From positions 43,338,001-43,402,000 of the forward strand of contig OX597829.1 of the NCBI GenBank assembly GCA_951406725.2: 64,000 bases of DNA, given 5' to 3'. Within the stretch, counting starts at the first letter, position 1. Every line of letters starts with the position of its first letter. Positions 30,536 through 46,106 of this stretch are shown here, piece after piece. The stretch is from Octopus vulgaris. Its lineage: Eukaryota. The translations under genes and the position numbers were made by a program. Under the pieces are notes generated by a model. That model did not search any database. It had not been told where the DNA came from and saw only the letters and a list, made by a program, of their open reading frames with translations.

Positions 30536-31477
30536 CGTATGTATGTATGTATGTATGTATGTATGTATGTATGTATGTATGTATGTATGTATGTATGTAT
30601 GTATGTATGTATGTATGTATGTATGTATGTATGAATGTATGTATATGTATAAATGTATGTATATGTATGAATGTATGTATATGTATGTATATATATATGT
30701 ATATGTATGTATGTATGTATGTATACATGTACATATTGTGTCTTCGATCAGTTAATATCTCTCAACGCTATGATGTCTCAACATTTTTTTTTACTGATGT
30801 AAAAATTCGTTATTCATTTCATCATATCATAAAATGACCAAGTACGTGCAATAGAATTTAATGCATAGGGTCAATAGTCATTTATTTTTACCCGATGATC
30901 GGGTGAATAGTAATAATTTTTATACTCGATAAATAAACTCAGGACACGTTGGTTAATATAAATTTAACTAAATACAACATTCCTATTTGTCTGCCACGCT
31001 ATTGTTTTTACCAATTCATCCATCTATCAACAGCACTTTCGACTGCAACCGAAAATGCTGTGTTTTTTTTTTTTTTTTTTTAGTTCGATCCCCAGTATCT
31101 TGATTCATAAGTATGGATGTATGGAGGTATGCTGTATGATACAAACATTGAAAAACATTTCGTTTCTTTCCAAGAGAAGAAGAAAAATATAACTTTCCTG
31201 TCTAAACATGAAAAATAAAAAGTATAATCAAATATACGAATAATAATAATAATAATAATAATGATAATTATGATTATAACATCAACAACAACAATAATAA
31301 TAATATTAATAATAAAAATAATAATTCAGGATTAGTTTCAAATTTTGGCACAAGACCTGAAAACCTGCGTCGGGCAGGGCGGAGAAAGTGGTACTTATTA
31401 TTTTATAGACTTCGAAAGAATGGAAGGCAAAGTCGATCTCGGCGTAATTTGAAGTCAGAATGTAAAGACGGGCAAAG

Positions 31478-31505
31478 TAATAATAATAATAATAACAATA
31501 ATAAT

Positions 31506-31578
<73 letters not shown>

Positions 31579-31597
31579 TAATAATGATAATAATTAT

Positions 31598-31635
<38 letters not shown>

Positions 31636-31869
31636 TGAGGATGATGATTATGATGATGATGATGATAATAATAATAATAATAATTAATAATAATAATAAT
31701 AACAACAACAACAACAACAATAATAATAATAATAATGATGATGAGGATGATGATGATGATGATGATGATGAAATAATAATAATAATAATAATTAATAATA
31801 ATAATAACAACAACAACAACAAAGACAACAACAACAATAATAATAATAATAATAATAATGATGATGATG

Positions 31870-31922
<53 letters not shown>
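31478..31922. repeat. (AAT)/(GAT)/(AAC) compound trinucleotide tract
   Basis: Direct inspection. Confidence 0.95.
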
Positions 31923-32321
31923 CATAAAAAATTAGGAAAGAAGAACAAAGGCGGAAAGCTATCTCTATTTTGGTTCTCGATTTTGCTTTGTTTTTGCAAC
32001 TTCAACTTTTAATTTCGTTTATCTCATTCGTTCAAATCCCCAATTCATCTTCGTTTTCCATACTTGATGGTTCTTTTATTATCTTGTACACCATTTATAA
32101 AATACAATACAGGAAAAATATATATATCCACACCGTTGAATTGCATGCATTGTTGTGTTTTTTAGCAACAGCCGCCCCCGATGGGATTTGAACTCTCACC
32201 CACGAAGAACACAAATATCTACAACTAAATTCAACTCGTTATCTGGCACGACGCAACTGATGATTTTTTGGGGTTTTTTTTTGCCACGCCCTACCTACGA
32301 CGACATCGACTTATGAGATAC

Positions 32322-32343
32322 TGATGATGGTGACGATGATGAC

Positions 32344-32375
<32 letters not shown>

Positions 32376-32415
32376 TGACGACGACGACGACGGTGATGAC
32401 GATGATGACGATGAC

Positions 32416-32450
<35 letters not shown>

Positions 32451-32492
32451 CGACGACGACGACGACGATGAAGATGACGATGAAGACGATGG

Positions 32493-32545
<53 letters not shown>

Positions 32546-32595
32546 GTGATGATGGTGATGATGATGATGACGACGATGACGATGAAGACGATGAC

Positions 32596-32632
<37 letters not shown>

Positions 32633-32940
32633 GCGACGACGACGTGTGTATATATATATATATACACACGATGAAGACGATGACGATGATGATGATGATG
32701 ACGACGGTGATGATGATGATGATGATGACGACGACGACGATGACGATGAAGACGATGATGATGATGATGATGATGATGTTGATGATGATGACGACGACGA
32801 CGACGACGATGATGATGATGATGATGATGATGACGATGATGATGGTGATGACGATGACGATGATGATGACGATGACGATGACGATGACAATGAAGATGAT
32901 GATGACCATAACGATGATGATGATGATGATGCCGATGACG
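32322..32940. repeat. (GAT)/(GAC) cryptic trinucleotide array
   Basis: Direct inspection; interrupted once by (TA)n. Confidence 0.95.
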
Positions 32941-33524
32941 ACTAGAATGACGAAGAGGAGGATGATGCCGGTGGTGCTGGTGCTGGTGGTGCTGGTGGTG
33001 GTTCCCGTAGTCGTCCTTTACACAGATTGTTGCTCTCCTTCCGTTTATTCTACTCAACGATTTAAAAGTAGCACCGCCGAAATTCGGTAATTTTTTTTAT
33101 TGTGTGTAGCACAAAACAAGAACTCAGATCCTTATCTTTGTAGAAAAAAGCCTAAATAAAACAACTTACTTCATTCACAATGTACAGGTTTTAAACGTAT
33201 GTAAAAAAAAAAAGATTTATGTATCATCGTTTCTGTTACAGCTAGCATAAACACACACATACACACACACACACACAAAATAAAAAGAAGGTATGTATAA
33301 TGATATGTGTTCATATCTTTGTATGTATACTTGTGTGACTGCTTGCTTATAAGTGTGAGACAACGACAATGATGTTTTCATGCAAAAAAATGTAAAATAA
33401 TTTATTTAATGTTAAATAATCATATTTATTACGTTTTTTTTTATTACGTCGTTTCGACTTAGCGTTGATTTTTCTTCATATTTTTCTTTCTATCTTTTCT
33501 TTTTTTTTTTTCCTAAAAACATAT

Positions 33525-33753
33525 TCTCTTTCTCTTTTTACTCTTTTACTTGTTTCAGTCATTTGACTGCGGCCATGCTGGAGCACCGCCTTTTAGTCGA
33601 GCAAATCGACCCCCGCAAGACTTATTCGTTTGTAAGCCCAGCCAGTACTTATTCTATCGGTCTCTTTTTGCCGAACCGCTAAGTGACGGGGACGTAAACA
33701 CACCAGCATCGGTTGTCAAGTAATGCTAGGGGGACAAACACAGACACACAAAC

Positions 33754-33785
<32 letters not shown>

Positions 33786-33963
33786 GTACATGTATACGAC
33801 GGGCTTCTTTCAGTTTCCGTCTACCAAATCCACTCACAAGAGGCATTGGTCGACCCGGGGATATAGCAGAAGACACTTGCCCAAGATGCCACGCAGTGGG
33901 ACTGAACCCAGAACCATGTGGTTGGTTAGCAAGCTACTTACCACACAGCCACTCCTGCGCCTA
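33525..33963 (-). mobile_element. SINE family A, full length, young
   Basis: Near-identical reverse complement of 39734-40153 and 14668-15143. Confidence 0.93.
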
Positions 33964-34277
33964 TCTGTAATTCCGTCGATTTCTTCGACTTTGCGTTGGA
34001 ATTAGCGAGCGAATTTTGAAAGTATAACAATTTAAAAGACCACACACACAAAAAAAAGGAAGAAAAGAAAAAGAATATTGAAGCGGAAAATAAAAAAATA
34101 AATATATATATACATGTGAAAGTATGTAGAAAAATGTATTTAAACTGGTAAAAAGTTAATGAATATTTTTTTTTAATTGTTTCTTCGTGTTATGCATATT
34201 TTCGAGATAATTTACATGTTTTGGGACTAATTATCGACGTAATTTGAAGCAAGCCTCCAGTAGATACATACATGCGT

Positions 34278-34336
<59 letters not shown>

Positions 34337-34368
34337 TATATGCATATATATGCACACACGTATATGTG

Positions 34369-34406
<38 letters not shown>

Positions 34407-35084
34407 CACATATATATGTATATATATATGTGTACATATATATGCACATATATATGTATATATATATGTGTACATATATATACATATGTGTGTGTATATA
34501 TATGTGTGTGTGTGGATGTGTGAACGTATATATATATATGTGTATATATATATATATGTGTGTGTGTGAGCATGTGTGTGTACGCGTGTGCGTGTGTATG
34601 TATAATGGGATGACGGGCAGATAGTTGTAGGGTGCCAATTTATATGTTTTATACTGAAGAGCGTATGAAAGTATATAAATTTAGTTGAAAATTAAGGGAA
34701 TCCGGAGAATGGAAGCCCCTACGGATTACTTACACAAAATTTTGCAACCATAAATGCAAATACATACACCACACGCATACACACATAGATACATACATGC
34801 AAACATACTTGCATACACATAGATGCTCAAATACATATATGTAGGTGTATGTGCACACTCGTGTGTGTGTGTGCATGTGTGTTCATGTGTGTGGAAGAAA
34901 TCAAAAACGTAAAGAATATCAGGAGAGTAGTTTTGCTTTGTGGTTTGTATCACGGTTAATAGAACTCGAACCATGCACCTCCAGCTTCATAGTTATGTCT
35001 GCTACCACTTGAATATATACGTAGGTAACAAAAAAATTTATTCGAATACTACTGCAGCCTCTACCAAGTATTTTCATATTTTTA

Positions 35085-35460
35085 CCTACTCTAGGCACAA
35101 GACCCGAAATTTTGGGGGAGGGGACCAGTCGATTATATCGACCCCGTGTGTAACTGGTACTTATTTAATCGACCCCGAAAGGATGAAAGGCAAAGTCGAC
35201 CTCGACGGAATTTGAACTCAGAACGTAAAAACGTTTTCTCTTCTACTCTAGGCACAAGACCCGAAATTTTTCAGGAGGCAGGTTAGTCGATTAAATCGAC
35301 CCCAGTACGCGACTGGTACTTATTTAATCGACCACGAAAGGATGAAAGGCAAAGTCGACCTCGGCGGAACTTGAACTCAGAACGTAGCGGCAGACGTAAT
35401 ACACTGCTAAGCATTTCTTTCGCCCGGCGTGCTAACGTTTCTGCCAGTCCGCCCGCCTTT
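35085..35460 (-). mobile_element. SINE family B, tandem dimer
   Basis: Two ctactctaggcacaagacccgaaat...gaactcagaacgta units with one head at 35400-35460. Confidence 0.9.
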
Positions 35461-35581
35461 GGTATTTTCGTATTCTACACATGAACGAGAGTAAGTAGTC
35501 CAGTCAGTTTATGCGAGTCTAAAAGTGTTTGCATGTGCGTGTGTGTGTGTCTGCGATGTAGTGTAGTCCTGGTGCCTCACG

Positions 35582-35645
<64 letters not shown>

Positions 35646-36306
35646 GCGTGTGTGTATATATAAAATATATGCACATGTATATATAAATATATGTATGTCC
35701 ATACATATGCTTACATGTATGGACATATATAGATAAGTGTGTGTGCGTTCTCGTATGTATTTGTGCATGTATGTTGTGTGTGTGTGTGTGCGTGTGTTTG
35801 TGTTTCTTTGTTCGTTTGTTTGTTTGTGTGTGTGTGTATGTTTATCAATACTTGTACGCGTGTATATGACATAGGTACCCATATCGGTTTCACTGTACCA
35901 GAGTCCAGTGGTTCGAGTATGTATGTATACAATGAATGAATGGCCGTACGCAGTGACAGAGTATTTTACCGGCAAAGGCATTTTTTTGAAAAAACAATAA
36001 TCCATAGCTAAAATCTGTATGACAACATGAAGTAGTTCATCGAATTACCGATATGGTCATTCTCGGACGATTCAGTACAGTTTCCGTCAACCTGATTTCA
36101 CGAAAAAAAAAAAAAAAAAGTTCGCTCGACTTCCGGCTACATAACAGTAAATGCACATATCAAAGTTTTACGAGCAATAGGATTGAACTCGTGACATCAT
36201 ATTCCAATGCTAACTTCTTCATCACTTATATATATATATATATATATATATATAAGTGCGTGTGTGTGTGAGAGAGAGAGAGTGTGTGTGTGCGTGTGTG
36301 TCTGTG

Positions 36307-36378
<72 letters not shown>

Positions 36379-36764
36379 CGTGTATGCGTGTATATATGTA
36401 TATGTATATGCATATATATGAGTGACTGCGAGTGTATACATATATGTATGCGTGTGTAATTTTTCTGTCTGTATTTGTCATTCACCTTCTAAGCTTGACA
36501 ACGTGTATTGGTTTGTTCACGTCCTTGTAACTTAGCGGTTTGGCATTAGAGACCATCTGAATACGTACCAGGCTTAGATGAGAAAAGTAAGCGCAGGGAT
36601 TCAATCCATTCGACTATAATCATTCCGGGTTGTTTCTTGCTGTATATATACACACAGGCATGTACGTATGCGTGTGTGTCTGTATGTGTGTGTGTGTGTA
36701 ACTATCTCTCTCTCTCTCCCCACCTGTCACTGACTCCCTATCCCTCTTGCTCTCTCTGTCTGTC

Positions 36765-36877
<113 letters not shown>

Positions 36878-37302
36878 TACATACGTACAGATATACACGT
36901 AAATACACGCGCATACACGCATTTTCAGTATTATGTATATGTGTTTGTATATATATATATATACTTATATATATATATGTATACATATATATAAATATAT
37001 GTGTATATATATTTGTATATGTATATGTATGTATACACACACACATATACATATATACGTATATATATATGTTATATATATATATGTGTGTGTGTGCGTA
37101 TGTGTGTGTGTGTGCGCGCGTGCGTGTGTGTGTGTGTGTGTACATGGTTGTTATTCTATGAAATTCACTTTGCAACTAAGCGGTTTCGGGTTCAGACCCA
37201 AGTCGCGAGGCACAAAAGTATGCCTCTGTCGTTAGACTGAAACAAGAAAACGGAAAGAAATTATACACACACACACACGAACACACAAAAGCACTCACAC
37301 AT

Positions 37303-37334
<32 letters not shown>

Positions 37335-37758
37335 CACACATACACGCAAATAAATAAAAACAAAAAAATATGAAAGGTAAGTAGGTAGATAGATGTGTTT
37401 ATATATATATTTATATACACACATACAAACATACATGCACATATACATAAATGCATATCTATATTTATATGTATGCATCTATGTATATAAATGTATGTAT
37501 GTATGTATGTATGTATGTATGTATGTATGTATGTATGTATGTATGCATGCATGTATTTCTGCTAATTATAATGCCAGAACAAAGAAGGAATTTTCCTAAC
37601 TTTTTGTGGTCCTTCCATTCCGAATGTAATCTATTTCATTTTTTTCCAAAATACGTTAATTTCCAATCGTTGTTTGACAAATATCACCTAATTCTCGTCT
37701 TATACATACATATATATACATGTATAAATGTATATAAATCACACACACACATATACAT

Positions 37759-37799
<41 letters not shown>

Positions 37800-37805
<6 letters not shown>

Positions 37806-37935
37806 TAATCCAAACATCAAAACACAAAGAGAAAATACAACAACGCGAGGACGTGGAACAAATATAGTATTATTGGACGCTCAGGAAAGGAAAGAAAGAA
37901 GGAGGGTTTAACGTTTCGAGCGGAGCTCTTCGTCA
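37800..37935 (-). mobile_element. Short PLE-type repeat, truncated within its minimal hammerhead
   Basis: Near-identical to 43088-43220 and embedded in (TA)n on both sides. Confidence 0.8.
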
Positions 37936-38073
37936 ATATATATATATATATATATATAATTTTACATCTCTCAGAAAAAAGTGGAATATATTTAAAGATA
38001 GGTATTTTTAATCTACAAGTGACTTTTTACATTTCATGTGTTTCAAATCCGATGTTTTGTGACTGTATATATA

Positions 38074-38125
<52 letters not shown>

Positions 38126-38187
38126 CGTGTGCATGAGTGTGTATATGTGTGTTTATGTATATGCGTATATATGTGTGTATGTATGTG

Positions 38188-38227
<40 letters not shown>

Positions 38228-38454
38228 TGTGTCTGTGAGTGTGTCTGTGTATTTACATTTTTGGGGCGAATATCTCGAAGTGCACGCGCATACAACTACA
38301 AATAATATCATAAATATATTGGGCTAATAATCCCAACTAAGTACAAAAAAAAAAAATGAAAATTTATGTCCGCTTGGCTATAGTAGAATGCCTGTTATTT
38401 CTATAGGAAATGTAGTTCCAAAATGTGTGGGCGGCCACTATTATTTAAAGTTAC

Positions 38455-38560
<106 letters not shown>

Positions 38561-38582
38561 ATGTATATGTATACATACAATA

Positions 38583-38637
<55 letters not shown>

Positions 38638-38831
38638 AGTATATCTATAAGCGCATGTAAGCTGCTGTCTGGTATACGAGTCAAACCATTGCTAGAAAGA
38701 ATCTTGAAATGAGCCAATGTCGTTGCAATGTGAAGCCCCTGTATGACTCCTGAGCCCGGCGAAAGTTTACATACATACACACACACATACATACATACAT
38801 ACATAAATACATACATACATACAGGCATATA

Positions 38832-38877
<46 letters not shown>

Positions 38878-39086
38878 TGTGGATTGTTGGCAATGTTTTG
38901 CCTCCGTCTTCCTTTTCTCTTGGACTTTCCTCTGTCTTCTCTTTCTGAAGAAGGGCCTTGATCGAAACGTAAAACACACTTTCTTTCCTTCCCTGAAGGT
39001 CTTACTAATACGTTATGTTGCGTGTACCACGTCATCACGGTGTTGTTTTTTCTTGTCTTTTTCTTCGTTTCTTGGGTGGGTGGGAG

Positions 39087-39095
<9 letters not shown>
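38878..39095 (+). mobile_element. Short PLE-type repeat with a minimal hammerhead (stem II decayed)
   Basis: ttt-CTGAAGA-agggccttgatc-GAAA-cgta-aaa at 38942-38974; between (TA)n tracts. Confidence 0.72.
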
Positions 39096-39137
<42 letters not shown>

Positions 39138-39203
39138 GTATGTATATGTATATATATATGTGTGTGTGTGTGTGTATTTAATTAGAGAGAGAGAGAGAAA
39201 GAC

Positions 39204-39278
<75 letters not shown>

Positions 39279-39733
39279 CAGATAGACAGACAGACAGATA
39301 GTTAGATAAATAGATTCATAGATATAAATATTGGTATAAAGCAGCAAAACCTCGCATTTCATAGCCTAGATAGCGTTATAAAAAAAAAAGAAGAAAAGAA
39401 AAGACCCGATCAGGCATTGGTGTTGACTTAATTTATTGTTCATTTCCCCTAAATTTCTTGGCAGATGCCTATGTTTCAAGAAATTTTTGTATGAAAATGT
39501 TGTGAAGTTTTTTTCCTTCGCAGATAATTTTTTGACAAAATTTTGTTTCATCTCCATTAATCAGCCGTCGGCTATGTGCAGATGAAAAGAATTTTCCAAC
39601 AATAGCAAAATGGTTTCTCCACTACTTCGATACACGATACTATGTTCAATGTTGATTTGCTTTTCTACGCTTACACACTTCGAAAAAGATTAAATCATAA
39701 GACGGACTACAGGTGAGATCAGCCGTGTATACA

Positions 39734-39901
39734 GCAGGAGTGGCTGTGTGGTAAGTAGCTTGCTAACCAGCCACATGGTTCCGGGTTCAGTCCCACTGCA
39801 TGGCACCTTGGGCAAGTGTCTTCTGCTTTGGCCCCGGGCCGACCAATGCCTTGTGAGTGGATTTGGTAGACGGAAACTGAAAGAAGCCCAACGTATATAT
39901 G

Positions 39902-39932
<31 letters not shown>

Positions 39933-40153
39933 ATGTGTTTGAGTGTCTGTGTTTGTCCCCCTAGCATTGCTTGACAACCGATGCTGGTGTGTTTACGTCC
40001 CCGTAACTTAGCGGTTCGGCAAAAGAGAGCGATAGAATAAGTACTGGGCTTACAAAGAATAAGTCTTGCGGGGGTCGAGTTGCTCGACTAAAGGCGGTGC
40101 TCCAGCATGGCCGCAGTCAACTGACTGAAACAAGTAAGAGAGAGTAAAAGAGT
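39734..40153 (+). mobile_element. SINE family A, full length, young
   Basis: caggagtggctgtgtggtaag...ctgactgaaacaagtaagagagag. Confidence 0.93.
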
Positions 40154-41550
40154 AATCATAGAAATCTCATATTTGTAATGTCATCTACAGCTACAGTGAC
40201 TTATCAAACTTGCCGTTAATTTTCTTTAAGATAGTACAGAGAGATTTGAAGGAGAGTTGACAGATACTTTGACGCGCAAAAATGCACACAAATGCATATA
40301 CATATGTGTGTTTGTGTGTTTGTGAATTAAGGCTACCGTTGGTTTCCTGTTAAGAGAAGTAGGAAAATATCCTAGTGCCTTAACAATTTTTCAAGCCGAT
40401 CACATGGAGAAAGGTGTTCGCCTTCATTTTGGAAAACACAGCCTCACGTGCTTTCCAAAATCGATCAATCAACCGACTAAGTAAACGGAACCAAGAACGT
40501 GTCTTAAATTATTATCAGAAACAGCTGTTAGTCTATAATGCACAAATAAATAAATGTATAAAACCTATCATTTATGCTTTTACTTGTATGTCACTCCGTG
40601 GAAACATACCATTTTAACTTGGTAATGCAACCATGGATTTATAAATTCGACTTTGGATCTCGCCTTTGGATTACCTGAAGTTCTATACCTATCAAAAATC
40701 TTTTTATTAGGCTGCTACATTTGTAGTGGCAGAAAGCTTAAAGAAGTATTTCGCCCAGACTGATAATCCCTTATTAATAAGTCTTTATATATATATATAT
40801 AGTGTATAGTAAGTCTTTATATATATATATAGCGTTTGTACATATATATGTATATATATATGTATATGTGTGTCTGTGTTTGTGCGTGTCTGTGTGTCTG
40901 AGCACTTGCGTATGCATGTGCGTATGGCATATATAACATGTGCGTGTGTGCATGTATGTATGTGAATAATCAGCCGAAATTGCAAAGATAATTTGGAACT
41001 CGTCTGAGAAAAGAAAACTTCGAATGACCAGTCTTTGTTTTCTTTGTATCGTCTATCTGGATGTTTTGTTTTCCCTTTTTGTATCACCTAGCTGTCCAGA
41101 TGTTTTGCGTTCTTGGCCCATTTCGTATTTTATATATATATATATATACATACACACATAAATACTTAGAACCACAGACCTACTTGAAAGAGCTTCAGAT
41201 TGAAATACTAAATCATTTCGATCTAATGCTGTTCACGTGCTTAACTCAGGTGTGGGCATCATCTACACAGATCATTGACTGTCCTCTTTACTGATTTCTT
41301 GATTAGAAAAAAAGATGTATTTAACTGTGAAACACTGCGTGATTTTTCACTGATGACACTAAATGATGCCGAAACCCCGGTGTCTAACGATCATCTGGCA
41401 TCACGCTGAGTGCATTCTGTGCTTATACTGCTCGACGTCTATTAAGAAAAGTTTTCCAGAGTCAAAGTATTACAGCAATCGTCGTTGTACCTTTGTTTGT
41501 GACAGGAATGTTATGCACATCATATATGCATACATAAATACATACATACA

Positions 41551-41583
<33 letters not shown>

Positions 41584-41934
41584 GCATATATATATATATA
41601 TATTCACATACACACACACACACACACATGCACACATATACATGCATTCATTCATACATACCTATATATATAAGCATGTATGTATCTCTTTAGTCTCAAA
41701 TCCTTGTGTCCGTAACGGAATTAGTCGACGAGTTTCCTTGATAGAATGTGGTGCGTATACACACGTACACAGACACACACACGCACGCACAGACACACAC
41801 ATACGCACAGCCACACACACACACGCACATACACACATAAATATATAAGGAGAGAAAGATCTATGTAGTCATAATGGTAATGTATATGGATCACGTTTAA
41901 ACATATTTACATATTGAAATATATATATATATTA

Positions 41935-42745
41935 TTTTATTCTTTTATTCTTTTACTTGTTTCAGTTATCTGACTGCGGCCATGCTGGTGCACTGCCTTT
42001 AGTCGAACAAATTCATCTCGAGACTTATTCTTTGCGAGCGCCTAGTACTTATTCTATCGGTATATTTTGCCGAACCGCTAAGTTACAGGGACGTAAACAC
42101 ACTAGCATCAGTTGTCAAGCGATGTTGGGGAGGGGGATACACTCACAAACACACGCACGTACACACACACTCACATTTATATATACGACGGGCTTCTTTC
42201 AGTTTCCGTCTACCAAGTCCGCTCACAAGGATTTGGTTGGCCTGAGGTTATAGTAGAAGACACTTGACCAAGATGCCACGCAGTGGGACAGAACTCGGAA
42301 CCGTGTGATTGGGAAGTAAGCTACTTACTAAACATCCACTTCTGCACACAAATGTTCGGCTTTTATTCCTTTATTTGTTTCAATCATTAGACTGCGGCCA
42401 TGCTGGGGCATCATCTCGTAGGTGTTTTAGTCGAATGAATCAACCTTGAATTTTGTTTTTATTCAATCGTTCTCTTTTGTCGAGCGGCTAATTTACGGGG
42501 ACGTTAACACACCGGTTGGCAAGCGGTGGCGGCTAACAAACATGCACACAAATATGCACGCGAGCACGCATACACATACACACATATACGACAGGCTTCT
42601 TTCAGTTTCCAACTACCAAATCTACTCACAAGGGTTTGGTCGGCCCGAGGCTATAGTAGAAGACATTTGCCCAAGGTGCCCCGCAGAGCAGCTGAACCTG
42701 GAACCATTTAGTTCGGAAGCAAGCCTCTTACCACTCGGCCATTTA
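41935..42745 (-). mobile_element. Two tandem SINE family A copies
   Basis: 41935-42345 and 42360-42745 each run from gactgcggccatgctgg to the head. Confidence 0.85.
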
Positions 42746-43087
42746 TACATAACTTCTTCATGTATATATTCAAGATTCATAAATACCACAATATTTCGCA
42801 TAGGCAAGGGTCATAACCCCCGTAAATAAATTTGTTGAGCACTCGGTGCTTTTTGTTTGTTGCTGTCGAAAGTGGAGCTACGACTTGAAACGTTTTAGTT
42901 GAACAAATTTTCAGTACTAATTTTCTTTTTGCCAGACGTAAACAAACCTTCAACAGTTATCAAGCGGTGGTGCGGGTGGGATAAAAACAAATACAAAGAT
43001 TACACACACACACACACACATACAAACATACCCCCCCCCAAACATAATAAGTCTTAAATATATATATATATATATATAGTATATATA

Positions 43088-43292
43088 AAGTTAATCCAAA
43101 CATGAAAACACAAAGAAAAAACACAACAACGCGAGGACGTGGAACAAGTATAGTATTATTGGACGCTCGGGAAATAAGGAAAGAAGGAGGGTTTAACGTT
43201 TCGAGCGGAGCTCTTCGTCAGAAACATAGGAAAAGGAAAGATCCAAAGAAGGGAAGACGGAGGAAAAAAATCGCCAACGGTACACACGCGGT

Positions 43293-43295
<3 letters not shown>
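43088..43295 (-). mobile_element. ~210-bp PLE-type repeat with an intact minimal hammerhead
   Basis: Minus strand 43225-43191: gttt-CTGACGA-a-gagc(tcc)gctc-GAAA-cgtt-aaac, with palindromic AACGTT stem III; flanked by (TA)n. Confidence 0.82.
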
Positions 43296-43328
<33 letters not shown>

Positions 43329-43560
43329 ACTAATATGCTTCATGAACCGATAGGTCTAATATCGTAGAGCATATCGTGGGGTTTTTTTCCGATGAAATTA
43401 TGCTAATAATATATATATGCAAATTTAAAGCGTAGATTTGTATTTTATCTATTGGGCACTAATGGAAACGGCTGCAAAAAGTAAAGATTACCAATTTTTT
43501 TAATAACAACTAATTATTAACATTTAAATCTCCATTTTCTTTCCTTCAATTAACTGAATA

Positions 43561-43720
<160 letters not shown>

Positions 43721-43721
43721 C

Positions 43722-43762
<41 letters not shown>

Positions 43763-43958
43763 TATATGTATGTATATGTATTTATATATGTACATAATAC
43801 ATATACATACATATATATATGCACACATGTATATGCATATATATAATATATATCAATTAAAAGCGGCTAGAGTCGAATTGGTGAGAATACATTCTCTTAT
43901 GCCTATAAGCACAGCCTAGCCAAGAACTAGCAAAATACATACATTGTGTATGTTCATT

Positions 43959-44003
<45 letters not shown>

Positions 44004-44086
44004 CGTATGTATATAATTCTTCTCTTTTCGTTCAACCATATCCACTCACTGGTATTTGAGTATCTATCACTATCTATCTATCTATC

Positions 44087-44142
<56 letters not shown>

Positions 44143-44560
44143 ATATATATATACATATATATATATGCATGTATGTATATATATATATATCATTCTTCTT
44201 ACTTCGTCAACCATATCCACTCACAAATCTCTCTCTATATATACATACTTATATAAATATATCATAACAAGATAGGTATACAAACGCATACATACACATA
44301 CTCCTCACACTTCTTGTGCATACATCACACACCACACATACGGAAGGACAAATGTACGTGTCCGTATGTGCCGACATACGCCCCTATGTGCAGACACACA
44401 TGTGTGTGTCCGCATGTGTGAAATTGTAAAAAAAAAGTCGTAATTGTAACAACTAATTTCTACCTTTAATGAAGTCAAACACTAACTCCACCATCGCACT
44501 CTCACCCCACCCCCCATCATTTCACTACTACATCACAACCTCCGTGTATTTGCTTGCATA

Positions 44561-44596
<36 letters not shown>

Positions 44597-44675
44597 ACTC
44601 CTTCTGAATGTACCCCACCATCAATTAACCCGCAATTATCTATCTCTAACACCACTGCTACAAACAACGACGACT

Positions 44676-45557
44676 ACCATCTCCTACACCACCACCACCA
44701 CCACCACCATGACCACCACCACCACCGCCGCTGCCGCCACCACCTACAAAGCATCTCCTACACCACCACCACCACCCACCACCACCTACAAAGCATCTCC
44801 TACACCACCATGACCACCATGATCACCACCACCACCACCACCACCACCACCACCACCACCACCACCACCACCACCACCGCCACCGCCGCCACCATGACCA
44901 CCATGACCACCACCACCAACACCACCGCCGCCGCCGCCGCCGCCACCTACAAAGCATCTCCTACACCACCATGACCACCACGACCACCACCACCACCACA
45001 ACCACCACCACCACCACCGCCGCCGCCGCCGCCACCATGACCACCATGACCACCACCACCACAACCACCACCATCACCACCACCACCACCACCACCCACC
45101 ACCACCACCACCGCCGCCACCTACAAAGCATCTCCTACACCACCATGACCACCACCACCACCACCACCACCACCACCACCACCACCATCACCACCCACCA
45201 CTACCACCACCACCGCCGCCACCTACAAAGCATCTCCTACACCACCATGACCACCATGACCACCACCACCACCACCACCGCCACCACCACCACCACCACC
45301 ACCACCACCACCACCACCACCACCACCACCGCCACCTACAAAGCATCTCCTACACCACCATGACCACCACCACCACCACCACCACCACCACCACCACCAC
45401 CACCACCACCACCACCACCACCACCACCACCACCACCACCGCCGCACCTACAAAGCATCTCCTACACCACCATGACCACCATGACCACCACCACCACCAC
45501 AATCACCACCCACCACCACCACCACCACCGCCGCCACCTACAAAGCATCCTCCACCA
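44676..45557. repeat. Compound minisatellite: conserved anchor cacctacaaagcatctcctacaccacc separated by variable (CCA)n
   Basis: About 8 anchors near 44741, 44782, 44944, 45118, 45219, 45333, 45445 and 45535, plus a partial one near 44680. Confidence 0.92.
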
Positions 45558-45889
45558 CTGTCGTCTGAGTTAAAGAACGGGAGACTATATACCTACTCCC
45601 TCAGTTTTTTTGTTTGTTGTTTTTGTTTTTGGTTTTTATTCACTCTTTCAACTCCATGCATTTCTTTACTGGTTTCCTCGTTCCCTTCCTACTGCATTTC
45701 CTTCCTTCTCTCTGTTGTCCATGCTTACGTATATATTTATGTATGCATGGATGGATGGACGGAGGGATGGAGGGATGGATGTTGAATGTATGTATGTATG
45801 TATGTATCTATGTAAGTATGCATGTACGTATGTATGGATATGTATTTTTACATGTATGTAATTGTGTAAATATATATTCTTTCTTTCTT

Positions 45890-46015
45890 TTTTTTCTTTT
45901 ACTTGTTTCAGTCATTTGACTGCGGCCATGCTGGAGCACCGCCTTTAGTCGAGCAAATCGACCCCGCGACTTATTCTTTTGTAAGCCCAGTACTTATTCT
46001 ATCGGTCTCTTTTGT
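45890..46015 (-). mobile_element. SINE family A 3' fragment
   Basis: cttgtttcagtcatttgactgcggccatgctggagcaccgcctttagtcgag. Confidence 0.88.
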
Positions 46016-46033
46016 GCACACAAACACACTCAC

Positions 46034-46106
<73 letters not shown>

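Noticed and set aside
32324-33090. Poly-Asp or poly-Met/Thr protein exon
   Set aside because: A (GAT/GAC)n array interrupted by (TA)n, with no unique coding content. A possible donor near 33087 is too weak on its own.
44676-45557. CRISPR-like repeat/spacer appearance
   Set aside because: The spacers are variable-length (CCA)n rather than unique sequence, no cas genes are present, and the context is eukaryotic.
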